Below are positions 1 to 8,287 of a stretch of DNA of 64,000 nucleotides, in pieces (positions within the stretch are counted from its first letter, which is position 1; each line of letters starts with the position of its first letter). The stretch is from positions 1 through 64,000 of IMG/VR virus record IMGVR_UViG_3300033175_000001, one strand, 5' to 3'. Under the pieces are notes generated by a model. It searched no databases and was not told the DNA's origin. It was given only the letters and a program-made list of their open reading frames with translations. A program made the translations under genes and the position numbers. Origin of the DNA: a virus. Lineage: Duplodnaviria > Caudoviricetes.

Positions 1-159
1 AAGCGGATCGATACATTCCAGGTGAAACTGCTCTGCCTGGATATTATTTCCTTTCTGTGTTCCCTGGATACCGATAAGGACCACTTCCTTCTTCTCATCA
101 GTACCGCATATTGGGCACTTCCAACCCGAACTTACATTTGGCTCCTTAAATACTCTCAT
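1..159 (-). CDS. Partial hypothetical protein with CPICG zinc knuckle; runs off the left edge
   Basis: Manual translation from ATG 159: MRVFKEPNVSSGWKCPICGTDEKKEVVLIGIQGT...FHLECIDPL, open to base 1; not in the ORF track. Confidence 0.6.
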   Translation of the reverse strand, partial: MRVFKEPNVSSGWKCPICGTDEKKEVVLIGIQGTQKGNNIQAEQFHLECIDPL

Positions 160-358
160 CTTTATCACCTCTTAATTTATTATCAATGAACTCTAAAAGC
201 TCATAGTCACGCAATTCCTGGATTTTCAAATATCGCCATTTGGCTATATCCGCGAGGAGATCGTCAATCCCTCGTTTTTGAGACGTGCCAGTCATGCTCG
301 CCACAATCGCACCTCGTTTTATACCCTGGCTGACAGCCTGAAAAGCTCTCACCGCCAC
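146..358 (-). CDS. Hypothetical early protein; true start probably downstream of 358
   Basis: ORF track; fits the tightly packed minus-strand gene run. Confidence 0.4.
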   Translation of the reverse strand: MAVRAFQAVSQGIKRGAIVASMTGTSQKRGIDDLLADIAKWRYLKIQELRDYELLEFIDNKLRGDKDESI

Positions 359-626
359 AGGGCATCAGATCCCCGATAAGGCAGCCGCACTCATAATCTG
401 AATACAGTCCATCGTATCCATTATCAAGAAGATACTTCTCGACGATATCCTTCGCCGTTTCATCTCCTTTCTTTACGAAACACTCCCTGCTTGCCACCTG
501 GGATATTTCCATATTCACCTTCCTGGCCTCATCGATTACCAGGGCTGTTAAGGCATTTCTGCATCCTTCGCCGAAAAAGCATTCCTTCCAGGCAAGGCAA
601 TAAGTCCTGTCTTTATATCCTGCCAT
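264..626 (-). CDS. Cys-rich hypothetical phage protein
   Basis: Two Cys-rich halves (YKDRTYC...C...C and YLLDNGYDGL...CGC...PC...CQPGY). Confidence 0.6.
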   Translation of the reverse strand: MAGYKDRTYCLAWKECFFGEGCRNALTALVIDEARKVNMEISQVASRECFVKKGDETAKDIVEKYLLDNGYDGLYSDYECGCLIGDLMPCGGESFSGCQPGYKTRCDCGEHDWHVSKTRD

Positions 627-801
627 CTACGACCTCCAGCCCTTTGAACTCCACCTCAGCCACCAGCTCATACAACTTTTCTGAAAGCTCGAAATTACTT
701 TCCCTGATGATATCCGCATACAGCAAAATAGCCTTTCTGCTTGCCGCACCTAAAATGCCTTTTCTATTCGGATTCATTACAACACACTTCGCCCTCACCA
801 T
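613..801 (-). CDS. Hypothetical protein
   Basis: 62-aa ORF packed between neighbouring genes. Confidence 0.5.
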   Translation of the reverse strand: MVRAKCVVMNPNRKGILGAASRKAILLYADIIRESNFELSEKLYELVAEVEFKGLEVVDGRI

Positions 802-802
802 A

Positions 803-1534
803 TCAATCCCCCAACATAGCTAAAATTTTATTATAATCCTCAACCTCATCCCCAGTCTCAAGCACCATTGGGATATTTCTTCTGGCACAAATACTGGCAA
901 TCTGCAGAATGGAAGGTGTATCAAATACTCCCTCAAACAGTGAGCAATTATGCTTATCCCTTCCGCTGCCAAGCCCTACATCCCGGGAAGGATTATTCAG
1001 GTGAACAAGGTCTATATTTTTAGTAGTAAGTATATTAACAATATCACTATACCCAATACCTTCTCCATACGCATGAGCCGTATCGAAACAAAAACCAGCC
1101 CCTGTCTTCTCCACCAGCTCAAACAACTTCTCAGTAGAAAGCCTCTCCCCGCCACACATATTCTCGATAAGAATTTTATCAAAGCCTTCAAGGTTCTTAA
1201 TACTCGCTTCCATGCCGGCCTCAACATCCTCATTGGCTCCCATGTGAACGATTAACCCCTTCGCCCCTACAGCCTCTACGAATTTGAGATTCTCGAACAG
1301 GCTTTTCCTGTGTACACCTTTATCAACAGCAAGATTGACGAAGAAATTCAAATGAACATACTTGTCAACATCCACCGCTAAAAGGGCATCCAGCTCACCT
1401 TCCTCCCTCGCAGTAGGGAAATAACTCTGAGGGCTTCCGGGATAAAACTGTGCCACTGATACTGTGCTTGCCACGATATCTTCAGCCATCTTTACCAGCC
1501 CTTCCTTACCTGAAAAACAATACCCTAATCTCAT
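803..1534 (-). CDS. nfo: Endonuclease IV-like AP endonuclease (family 2 TIM barrel)
   Basis: Zn-ligand motifs in the expected order: VHLNFFVNLA, IVHMG, IENM, FDTAHAY, VHLNN, DKH, LET. Confidence 0.8.
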   Translation of the reverse strand: MRLGYCFSGKEGLVKMAEDIVASTVSVAQFYPGSPQSYFPTAREEGELDALLAVDVDKYVHLNFFVNLAVDKGVHRKSLFENLKFVEAVGAKGLIVHMGANEDVEAGMEASIKNLEGFDKILIENMCGGERLSTEKLFELVEKTGAGFCFDTAHAYGEGIGYSDIVNILTTKNIDLVHLNNPSRDVGLGSGRDKHNCSLFEGVFDTPSILQIASICARRNIPMVLETGDEVEDYNKILAMLGD

Positions 1535-1542
1535 TTCTCACC

Positions 1543-1773
1543 TCACGCAAAATAATATTCTTTAAGTCGTTTAACAGCCAGAGGAAATATGGCGTTCCAA
1601 TTATTCCCGAGAAAATCCCCTTCCTCTTCAGAAAGATACTCTGTCGAATAAGAATCAAGTATACTCTCTGCCGCCATTTCTGCGTCCACCCCATCCATCA
1701 TAAGCTCTACATTCCGCTGAGCATAAGCGTAAAACTTATCCACGATTGATTTCACCATTACCTTATCCATCAC
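1543..1773 (-). CDS. Hypothetical protein
   Basis: GTG/ATG start overlaps the stop of the upstream gene at 1770. Confidence 0.5.
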   Translation of the reverse strand: MMDKVMVKSIVDKFYAYAQRNVELMMDGVDAEMAAESILDSYSTEYLSEEEGDFLGNNWNAIFPLAVKRLKEYYFA

Positions 1774-1970
1774 TCCACCTCCACATAATCTTGAACAAGG
1801 CAAAGAACATCTTCATACGATTTCTGCCTCATCGCTTTGAAAACAAACTCATTGGCTCTATCACGCTGACCGTCCTTTACCAATGCCCTCTTAACTCTGC
1901 CTATTATACTGAATACGTTTCCGTCCTCACCAATCAACTTACAACTCGGCTTATTTTCATTATTCATCAT
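1770..1970 (-). CDS. Small conserved phage hypothetical protein
   Basis: LIGEDGNVFSIIGRVKRAL...SYEDVL motif resembles a common small phage protein family; AGGAGG upstream. Confidence 0.65.
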   Translation of the reverse strand: MMNNENKPSCKLIGEDGNVFSIIGRVKRALVKDGQRDRANEFVFKAMRQKSYEDVLCLVQDYVEVE

Positions 1971-1997
1971 TCCCTCCTAAAATGAAGAACCAGGCGG

Positions 1998-2297
1998 TTA
2001 AGCCTGGCTCCTGTTAAATCTATATTCGGCAATATACCGTTCCAAGAATTCTACTGCTCCCGGATCACCTCCGACGTGCCAGCGATCTCCCCGATAATCA
2101 TATATCGAAAACATCATCTCCCGTCCGCCTTCAACTTTTTTCAGATACCATGCCTGTGTCACCTTGAACCCGTCGCCCTTATCTGGCTGTCCAAAAAGTG
2201 CAGTGAGCAGATTCGGCGTTATCTCAGGATTTAACGTCCCTATCCGACCGGCTCTGTCTCTCGACCAATACTCGTCATACTCAATTCGCTTAATCAT
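1998..2297 (-). CDS. Hypothetical early protein, first gene after the AT-rich promoter region
   Basis: 99-aa ORF with AAGGAG Shine-Dalgarno. Confidence 0.65.
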   Translation of the reverse strand: MIKRIEYDEYWSRDRAGRIGTLNPEITPNLLTALFGQPDKGDGFKVTQAWYLKKVEGGREMMFSIYDYRGDRWHVGGDPGAVEFLERYIAEYRFNRSQA

Positions 2298-2370
2298 ATA
2301 CTTGGCTCCTTTGGTGTTATTTGTATATATGTCTCGAACTGCCTCGCCCTATCTCCTGCCCTCGCTCCTG

Positions 2371-2441
2371 TTTTTTACTTGACCAGAAAATAAAGCATAT
2401 AATAAAAATAATAACAATATAAAAAACAGTCAAGTAAAAAA
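2371..2441. repeat. Perfect 13-bp inverted repeat TTTTTTACTTGAC / GTCAAGTAAAAAA with a 45-bp AT-rich spacer
   Basis: Arms read directly at 2371-2383 and 2429-2441. Confidence 0.85.
2405..2433 (-). promoter_or_regulatory. Sigma70-like early promoter TTGACT-N17-TATTTT with A/T-tract UP region
   Basis: -35 at 2433-2428 and -10 at 2410-2405; a 16-bp core is identical to the promoter at 52016-52031. Confidence 0.6.
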
Positions 2442-2759
2442 TTATTTTTTTTACTTTTTTTTCAACAAAAAGTCAAACGGTTTTATTTTTGGCTTTTTGA
2501 TTTTTTGAAGGCACCCCCATACCCTTATACCAGACGGTTTTATACACCTGCTAAAACACCTCTCAGCGAGCATATCCACTTCCTTTTTAACAACTAACAT
2601 AATATATATAATACTTATTTATTATATAGAGTACACTAAAACTACTTAGTAGAATAATATACCCTACCAGCCCACCCGCAGCCTTCAGCAGCCATTATCC
2701 CTGGTGAGGGCATGAGTATTACCTCTCTTTAGCATAACCTTATAGCCCCTGATACTTCC

Positions 2760-2954
2760 TTATACCCATGACACACGCACGACCGCCCTTATACACGCCC
2801 ATGCCGAACCGTTTTCCCCTATGTAACTCTCCCAGAAAGACGTTTCCTCCCTTACTATTACCCTACTATACCTATCCTTATATTGGGTATTCTCTCTACG
2901 AATAATTCTAATAATATCCTCTCCTGCGCCCTCATACGGGGATTTATTCACCAT
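2760..2954 (-). CDS. Possible hypothetical protein
   Basis: 64-aa ORF in an otherwise non-coding interval; no recognisable motif. Confidence 0.3.
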   Translation of the reverse strand: MVNKSPYEGAGEDIIRIIRRENTQYKDRYSRVIVREETSFWESYIGENGSAWACIRAVVRVSWV

Positions 2955-3018
2955 CTTATACAGATTCTACCCGTATTATCCCCTCTACATTATTTATTCA
3001 TTCTTATCATATTAGGCT

Positions 3019-3053
3019 AAAAAGAAGCCTCTCGCGGATCAGACGGGAGGCTT
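3019..3053 (-). terminator. Rho-independent terminator ending the late transcription unit
   Basis: mRNA AAGCCUCCCG-9 nt loop-CGAGAGGCUU followed by CUUUUU; 9 of 10 stem pairs. Confidence 0.75.
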
Positions 3054-3098
3054 TATACTTGAGGTGTATAGGAGGATTTAAGGTGGGAAATAGGGGAT

Positions 3099-3299
3099 TT
3101 AAAGAAGGCCCAACTGCCTATGTAGCTCTACAACATGATGATTCCTGCGACTCATTTCCACTTTCTCTCTATCGATTATTATCCATCTTTCCGGCGTTTG
3201 GAACCTTCCTAATCCGTCCCTGCGCTGCTTCTGAACTTCGTATCCTACTTCATGCTCCATCATCTTCAGCGTCCCTTTCCCAAAACTCATTATTATCAT
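3099..3299 (-). CDS. Small basic protein with RRDGLGRF motif
   Basis: ORF track; ATGA-coupled to the upstream ORF. Confidence 0.55.
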   Translation of the reverse strand: MIIMSFGKGTLKMMEHEVGYEVQKQRRDGLGRFQTPERWIIIDREKVEMSRRNHHVVELHRQLGLL

Positions 3300-3475
3300 C
3301 GGAACCTGCTCCTCTTTCTTTTCTTAACTACCTTCGTCTTCTCCGGCTTCGCCACTCCGCTATACTCCCAACCTGTTCTCGTCTTCTTGAAAATACTTCC
3401 ATCCTTCCTTACCGACGTAGTACCGATAGGGGCTGCAGGCTTACCGATCCTACGACCATTCCAAAAAACTGACAT
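3296..3475 (-). CDS. 59-aa Lys/Arg-rich protein
   Basis: Manual translation MSVFWNGRRIGKPAAPIGTTSVRKDGSIFKKTRTGWEYSGVAKPEKTKVVKKRKRSRFR; TAATG overlap with the upstream stop. Confidence 0.65.
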   Translation of the reverse strand: MSVFWNGRRIGKPAAPIGTTSVRKDGSIFKKTRTGWEYSGVAKPEKTKVVKKRKRSRFR

Positions 3476-3651
3476 TATACTTTCCTCCCGGTTCCCTTGC
3501 CACGGCCACCGCCCTGACCTTTCCCCGGGCCTCCATTCTTACAGCCACCAGTATTCCTATTCGCCCGCCTACCGGTCCCGCTGCCAGCCCCTTTACCCGC
3601 ACCGCTACCGTCCTGTGGACGCTTAATACCTCTTGGATTTACTTTACTCAT
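3475..3651 (-). CDS. 58-aa Gly/Arg/Lys-rich peptide
   Basis: Manual translation MSKVNPRGIKRPQDGSGAGKGAGSGTGRRANRNTGGCKNGGPGKGQGGGRGKGTGRKV; GAGGAGG Shine-Dalgarno. Confidence 0.7.
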   Translation of the reverse strand: MSKVNPRGIKRPQDGSGAGKGAGSGTGRRANRNTGGCKNGGPGKGQGGGRGKGTGRKV

Positions 3652-3703
3652 GATAGCCTCCTCTTCCGGACTACTGCCATACTCACAGCGCCCGCTAATA
3701 ACC

Positions 3704-3910
3704 TTAACCCTTTTCAGCGGCTGGTTCCATTCCAGCTCCCGTTATATCAAACTTGAGAGTCCCGCACATCGGACAAGCATAGACATCCGGCAAATCACCC
3801 GCTGTCATAAAGGGCATCCCCCCTACCTCAGCCATAAACTCTGTCGAAAAACTCCTATCAGCCGGCCCCATGGTAGGGTCATAAATGTACTTACAAGCTG
3901 CACAAACCAT
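3704..3910 (-). CDS. Rubredoxin
   Basis: CAACKYIYDP...DLPDVYACPMCG...K; GGAGG Shine-Dalgarno. Confidence 0.85.
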   Translation of the reverse strand: MVCAACKYIYDPTMGPADRSFSTEFMAEVGGMPFMTAGDLPDVYACPMCGTLKFDITGAGMEPAAEKG

Positions 3911-3919
3911 ATCATCCTC

Positions 3920-4471
3920 CTACAGCGTTTGAACTGAAAAAACGTAAGATACCTTGAGAGTATCCGACGGCGCAACTGCACGATCTCCTGCATCGAACCC
4001 ATCAATACAAAGAAGATAATCCGCAGTACCAGCATCATCACTCGCCAGAAAAGCTCCCTTTATAGTCGCATTTGATGTGATAGGGAACTGTGCCTGCGAC
4101 CCGCTATTCGCCCAGGTATATCCAATCCTTGCCCCATCAAAAGTCTTACGAGTACCTGAATACCCTGTAAACTCCGTGAGATTTGCTCCGCCAATATCCG
4201 CCCCGGTAAGGTCAGCATGCGCCCCCACCGTAGCGGTATAAAGACCTACGTACCACTGAGTCACCTTTGCCGCAGCACCGAATACCTGATCCAGAAGATA
4301 AAGCAACCCTTCATTCGTAACCGTATTCTTGCTCTCGCTCACCCACTTCAGTTTGCCGTCCTTATCAAAGCACTCAAACCTGAACTTACCGCCTACCTTC
4401 AAAACATTGGAAATACCCTTATTGATTTCCAGTGAAGATGCGGCTTTCGATCCAATCTTTAATCCGCCCAT
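3920..4471 (-). CDS. Phage virion structural protein (tail/baseplate-associated)
   Basis: NTVTNEGLLYLL...WYVGL...DRAVAPSDTLKVSY pattern typical of a phage tail protein family. Confidence 0.55.
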   Translation of the reverse strand: MGGLKIGSKAASSLEINKGISNVLKVGGKFRFECFDKDGKLKWVSESKNTVTNEGLLYLLDQVFGAAAKVTQWYVGLYTATVGAHADLTGADIGGANLTEFTGYSGTRKTFDGARIGYTWANSGSQAQFPITSNATIKGAFLASDDAGTADYLLCIDGFDAGDRAVAPSDTLKVSYVFSVQTL

Positions 4472-4480
4472 CTCATCCTC

Positions 4481-5026
4481 CTAAAGTAATATTAACGCCA
4501 ACGCTATAAAGAACCCGACGAGAAAGCCTCCGCCTCCCCATCCAGCCCTCTCTTTAATAGACATCGCCTGAGAGTCCTTATACTCAACTACCAGCTTGCC
4601 TTTGTCAACCCAAACTCGCTCTACATACTTGAACTTCCCTACATTTATCCGGCCAATCAAAGGGATTTCGCCGCCTCTCTTCACTGTTACATAAACGAAT
4701 CCGTCTAAAAGCTCCGCCTCTTGTAAACTCCAGTCTCCATCCAACACATCTGCCCAGACACTCGCCTCCACATACAACCTTGACATAGCTTTGCACTTCT
4801 TCTCGCTCCAACTCTTTGGACATTCCTTCTCCCGCTCGATTATCTTTGCCTCAATAGCATCTTTAATCTGCTTATTATAATCTACAGCCACCTTCTTATT
4901 ACCGAGTGACTTAATATCAATGAACTCCCGCCTATTCGTCGTCGTTCCACACGACATTAAGAGCATCACGAATAGCAGCAGCCCGAGATTTATCAACTTC
5001 CCTTGCGGGATTAACGATCTCTCCAT
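4481..5026 (-). CDS. Lipoprotein with C-terminal transmembrane helix; spanin candidate
   Basis: Lipobox LLMS-C after a hydrophobic core; C-terminal GWGGGGFLVGFFIALALILL; GAGGAGG Shine-Dalgarno inside the upstream gene. Confidence 0.55.
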   Translation of the reverse strand: MERSLIPQGKLINLGLLLFVMLLMSCGTTTNRREFIDIKSLGNKKVAVDYNKQIKDAIEAKIIEREKECPKSWSEKKCKAMSRLYVEASVWADVLDGDWSLQEAELLDGFVYVTVKRGGEIPLIGRINVGKFKYVERVWVDKGKLVVEYKDSQAMSIKERAGWGGGGFLVGFFIALALILL

Positions 5027-5153
5027 ACGCCCTCCTCAGAACGCTAAAAGGGTTCCGCCGACAGTAAATCAGCCACCATCCTATCCCAACGGCAAGCAAT
5101 ATTACTATCAATATCGCAATGCCCTGCCAAAGTGTATCAAAGAATTTCTTCAT
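4932..5153 (-). CDS. Small single-TM membrane protein (lysis accessory or i-spanin-like)
   Basis: N-terminal TM GIAILIVILLAVGIGWWLI; overlaps the lipoprotein gene by 95 nt. Confidence 0.5.
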   Translation of the reverse strand: MKKFFDTLWQGIAILIVILLAVGIGWWLIYCRRNPFSVLRRAYGEIVNPAREVDKSRAAAIRDALNVVWNDDE

Positions 5154-5464
5154 CTATTACTATGACCCGTTGGAGTTTCACTATAATCAGACGCTCTCCC
5201 AGGCTTTTTCTTACCGGAGTTATAAAGCTGTATTATACCAAAATACAGTCCCGCCAGCGTCGCAATTACCGCCGACACAGAACCAAGAACTCCTGCAGTA
5301 AACCTTCCTGACCATGCCATGCAAAGAAAAACCACTACAGACGCTATGAATACCATCATCACCAGCATCCCGTACACATACGGAACCTTGATAAGCTCGC
5401 AGTCTGATGAAAACCAGAATGGCTTCAAAAACCTTCTTACGAAATTAGCTATTAACTTCTTCAT
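5150..5464 (-). CDS. Two-TM membrane protein; holin candidate
   Basis: Two hydrophobic helices and a basic tail; start reassigned to ATG 5464 (GGAGG Shine-Dalgarno). Confidence 0.45.
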   Translation of the reverse strand: MKKLIANFVRRFLKPFWFSSDCELIKVPYVYGMLVMMVFIASVVVFLCMAWSGRFTAGVLGSVSAVIATLAGLYFGIIQLYNSGKKKPGRASDYSETPTGHSNR

Positions 5465-6242
5465 CTGCTCCTCCCACAATCTTTTCCAATGTAATATATT
5501 CTTTCGCTATTGCTTGAGGAACATATCTGTACTCCGTGAACTTAATACCCTGCCCCCTGAACTGGAAAACATAATATGGTTTGCCAATTCCGGCATCCGG
5601 AAAATACTTCATCCCTTCATTATCTACGAGCAAAATCTCAAAGTACCCATTTTCATAAGACTTTGCTTCTATAACTTGTGGAGTAATTATCAGCTTACCG
5701 TAAATTACCGGCCGCTTCAACCACGCCTTTATCTTAACTCCCTCAACAGGGAAACCATTAAGGTCTCTTATAAAGCCCCAAATCTTCGTCTTGCTCGGCT
5801 CCGTAACAGTCTCGCTGAATGTTCCTACCGTCACTGCCATATAGTTCAGCGTAGGTGTTCTCGTACCATCGTATGAATGTAAATAAGCCACAATTCTGAA
5901 TGTTTTGGTATGATTCAATATCTCTAAAAACTGAGCATAAGCGGTAATATCTTCCGGCGTATTTGCCTGACTGTATCCGCTACTCTGTGACCAAGCGGAG
6001 CCGTCCCACCAGTATTCAACCCCGTCAATTTCCACTGTAAATAGTATATTATCCTTTGCCTCAAACCAATACCTCACATCCAACTTAATAAGCATATCAA
6101 TATTCAAAGCAGCCGCATTTCGTATCGAAGGATCTGATGTAACATAGGGAGCGGTAAGCCGCGCTACACCATTCTCAACTATTATATCAGCCGGATATGT
6201 ATAGTCCGTCGGCTCTGTAAAATTATACTCAACTACCTGCAT
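5445..6242 (-). CDS. Virion structural protein with C-terminal carboxypeptidase-regulatory-like beta domain
   Basis: YWWDGSAW motif; IWGFIRDLNGFPVEGVKIKA. Confidence 0.45.
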   Translation of the reverse strand: MQVVEYNFTEPTDYTYPADIIVENGVARLTAPYVTSDPSIRNAAALNIDMLIKLDVRYWFEAKDNILFTVEIDGVEYWWDGSAWSQSSGYSQANTPEDITAYAQFLEILNHTKTFRIVAYLHSYDGTRTPTLNYMAVTVGTFSETVTEPSKTKIWGFIRDLNGFPVEGVKIKAWLKRPVIYGKLIITPQVIEAKSYENGYFEILLVDNEGMKYFPDAGIGKPYYVFQFRGQGIKFTEYRYVPQAIAKEYITLEKIVGGADEEVNS

Positions 6243-6243
6243 A

Positions 6244-6405
6244 TCATACCTCCCTATCTAACCCCGTATCCACATTATACGTTTTACGCTCTTTAAATTC
6301 TTCCTGCTTACCCTTATTCCACTGCTGTACCGGCCTGAAATATCCAACTACCCTGGAATAGACCTCCACCGGCACTTTCCGTTCAGGCTTCTTATCTTCC
6401 TCCAT
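6244..6405 (-). CDS. Stand-alone 53-aa protein matching the NrdD (class III RNR) C-terminal glycyl-radical segment
   Basis: Manual translation MEEDKKPERKVPVEVYSRVVGYFRPVQQWNKGKQEEFKERKTYNVDTGLDREV; GGAG Shine-Dalgarno; exactly fills the gap between neighbours. Confidence 0.85.
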   Translation of the reverse strand: MEEDKKPERKVPVEVYSRVVGYFRPVQQWNKGKQEEFKERKTYNVDTGLDREV

Positions 6406-6409
6406 GGCA

Positions 6410-7147
6410 CTACTCCGTTATCAGTTCAAAACCTTCTTTACCGGGAGTACCAATACTCTTTACTCCGAATCCTCTCCTATCTGCTTCGTCTGTAAACTTC
6501 GTCCAGTCGAAACCCTGCCCAGGACACGCCTTATCGTACCTGGCAGCCGTCGAAGCTGAATTATAATTCCATACGCTCCACCTATGCCCAACCACCCGTT
6601 TCATTGACGGATATATTGGAAGGAGATGGTCAAAGTACAACTTAAACAAAGACTCATACTGAGCATCCGTATACGGATCACGATTCGATCTCGAAGGATT
6701 CAATAACTCAGTCCCTATCTGATACCTTGCTTTCGATCCTGCAGTAGCATGATGTACCCAATAAGAAGGGGAAATTATCTCAGTAATCAAACCATCTGCC
6801 TCACCCTTCGCTCCCCTGCCTATAGCATAATGAAAAAGACCTATACCTTTCAGATAATTCGCTGCAAGTTCCCCGCCAACCATCCATTTAATAAGTCCAT
6901 TAACAGTCATCCCTCCAGCCGTGCCATGCACTACAAAGTCAGTCGGACTGACATTCCTGACTTTATTTATCCATCCGGCCTGATACTTCGTTCTTACCGA
7001 CATATCCACAACGATATCCACAGGTTGTGTAGAAATTACCTCTTCAGGCTCAATATCCCCGGTCTGTTCCCGGGAAGCCTGCCTCTGCGCCCTGACATTC
7101 TGCCAGTTCATTAAAGTAAATATTAAGTCTGATATCTTTTGCCACAT
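6410..7147 (-). CDS. Endolysin, N-acetylmuramoyl-L-alanine amidase (Amidase_2)
   Basis: VVHGTAG, FHYAIG, IGTEL, TDAQYESL, VGHR, KACPG motifs. Confidence 0.85.
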   Translation of the reverse strand: MWQKISDLIFTLMNWQNVRAQRQASREQTGDIEPEEVISTQPVDIVVDMSVRTKYQAGWINKVRNVSPTDFVVHGTAGGMTVNGLIKWMVGGELAANYLKGIGLFHYAIGRGAKGEADGLITEIISPSYWVHHATAGSKARYQIGTELLNPSRSNRDPYTDAQYESLFKLYFDHLLPIYPSMKRVVGHRWSVWNYNSASTAARYDKACPGQGFDWTKFTDEADRRGFGVKSIGTPGKEGFELITE

Positions 7148-7148
7148 A

Positions 7149-7901
7149 CTATACCTCCGAAATCCATGGATTTATTAGTTCTTCAAGTTTCATATCAAGC
7201 TCAACCAACTTCTTTTGCTGGTTAATCGCAACCTTTCGAGCCTGCATGAACGCTTCCATAAAGTGCATCTTTAATTCATGTACCTTATCCATATTCGCTT
7301 TATACAACTCTTCCCTGTTTACCGGAGCCTGAAAATAATACAACTCGTTCATTAAAGAGGTCCCGCTGAGAATCATGTAATCTACTTTCCTATCAACGTA
7401 ATCGAGGAAATCCATCTCAGGCATCTCTGCATAGTGATTCTCCCTAAAAGCTATCCGCAGTTTATTTATCAAATCATTATGCACAACATTAAGAATAACC
7501 TTATACCCGCCAAAAATCTCCGTTTCAACTGGCGCCGGGATATTCTTCTGTTGTATAAGCCCTATCATAACTTTAAGCAGTAACCCTTCCACAACAGCCG
7601 CCTTCTCTTCCGCAAAGCTCATCTGCTGTTTGAGAGTTTCGTAATACCTTATTTCCATCTTCTGAACTATGATCTTATTTGTTTCGTTCAGAAGTATTAT
7701 TACATCCTTCGCATGCTTACACCGTGAATGCACATTCTTGACAGATCGATTCCTTAATCCGGTATCGAGCTTTAATTTACCGAATACGAATGAAAAACCT
7801 CTTCTCAGCAAACTTATAGCAAACACTACCCCAGTAAGAAGCATTGCTATAGAGAACACCATCTGAAACCACTGGGGTAGTGCCGTTAACCAGTTGAACA
7901 T
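7149..7901 (-). CDS. N-terminal TM protein with helical soluble domain (possible holin or antiholin)
   Basis: Single TM at residues about 10-31; lies directly upstream of the endolysin. Confidence 0.4.
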   Translation of the reverse strand: MFNWLTALPQWFQMVFSIAMLLTGVVFAISLLRRGFSFVFGKLKLDTGLRNRSVKNVHSRCKHAKDVIILLNETNKIIVQKMEIRYYETLKQQMSFAEEKAAVVEGLLLKVMIGLIQQKNIPAPVETEIFGGYKVILNVVHNDLINKLRIAFRENHYAEMPEMDFLDYVDRKVDYMILSGTSLMNELYYFQAPVNREELYKANMDKVHELKMHFMEAFMQARKVAINQQKKLVELDMKLEELINPWISEV

Positions 7902-7903
7902 AC

Positions 7904-8287
7904 CTACCCCTTTTCATAATGATCAAATACTCGGAACCGGAAAGTCTCGCCCCTGCCCTGCCATGCTGGAGACTCGATGTATGAATTCCCTTCATAATAC
8001 CCATCCTGGTCGAAGTCTCCGTCCTGAACAACATACCTTAATCGCCTTGTGAGTGGATCGGGCAACGCCGCCCTTGCAGCCTTATTATAGACCTTACCTT
8101 CAGGATCAACATCTGCTAAATAAGCTGCTTTCGCCTCCTGATATATTGCTGCGCTCCACTGAACTTCTTCATCATCTTTAGGCTTCCTAATAAGCAAAAG
8201 AGATACAGTGGCATCACTTATATCCCCTTCACAATCTACTAATATCACCGTCCCTATATCCCCAATATACGGTTTATTTGCCATCAC
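7904..8287 (-). CDS. BppU-N-like/Ig-like virion protein
   Basis: GDIGTVI...LLIRKP...LRYVVQDGDFDQDGYY...Y pattern. Confidence 0.55.
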   Translation of the reverse strand: MMANKPYIGDIGTVILVDCEGDISDATVSLLLIRKPKDDEEVQWSAAIYQEAKAAYLADVDPEGKVYNKAARAALPDPLTRRLRYVVQDGDFDQDGYYEGNSYIESPAWQGRGETFRFRVFDHYEKG

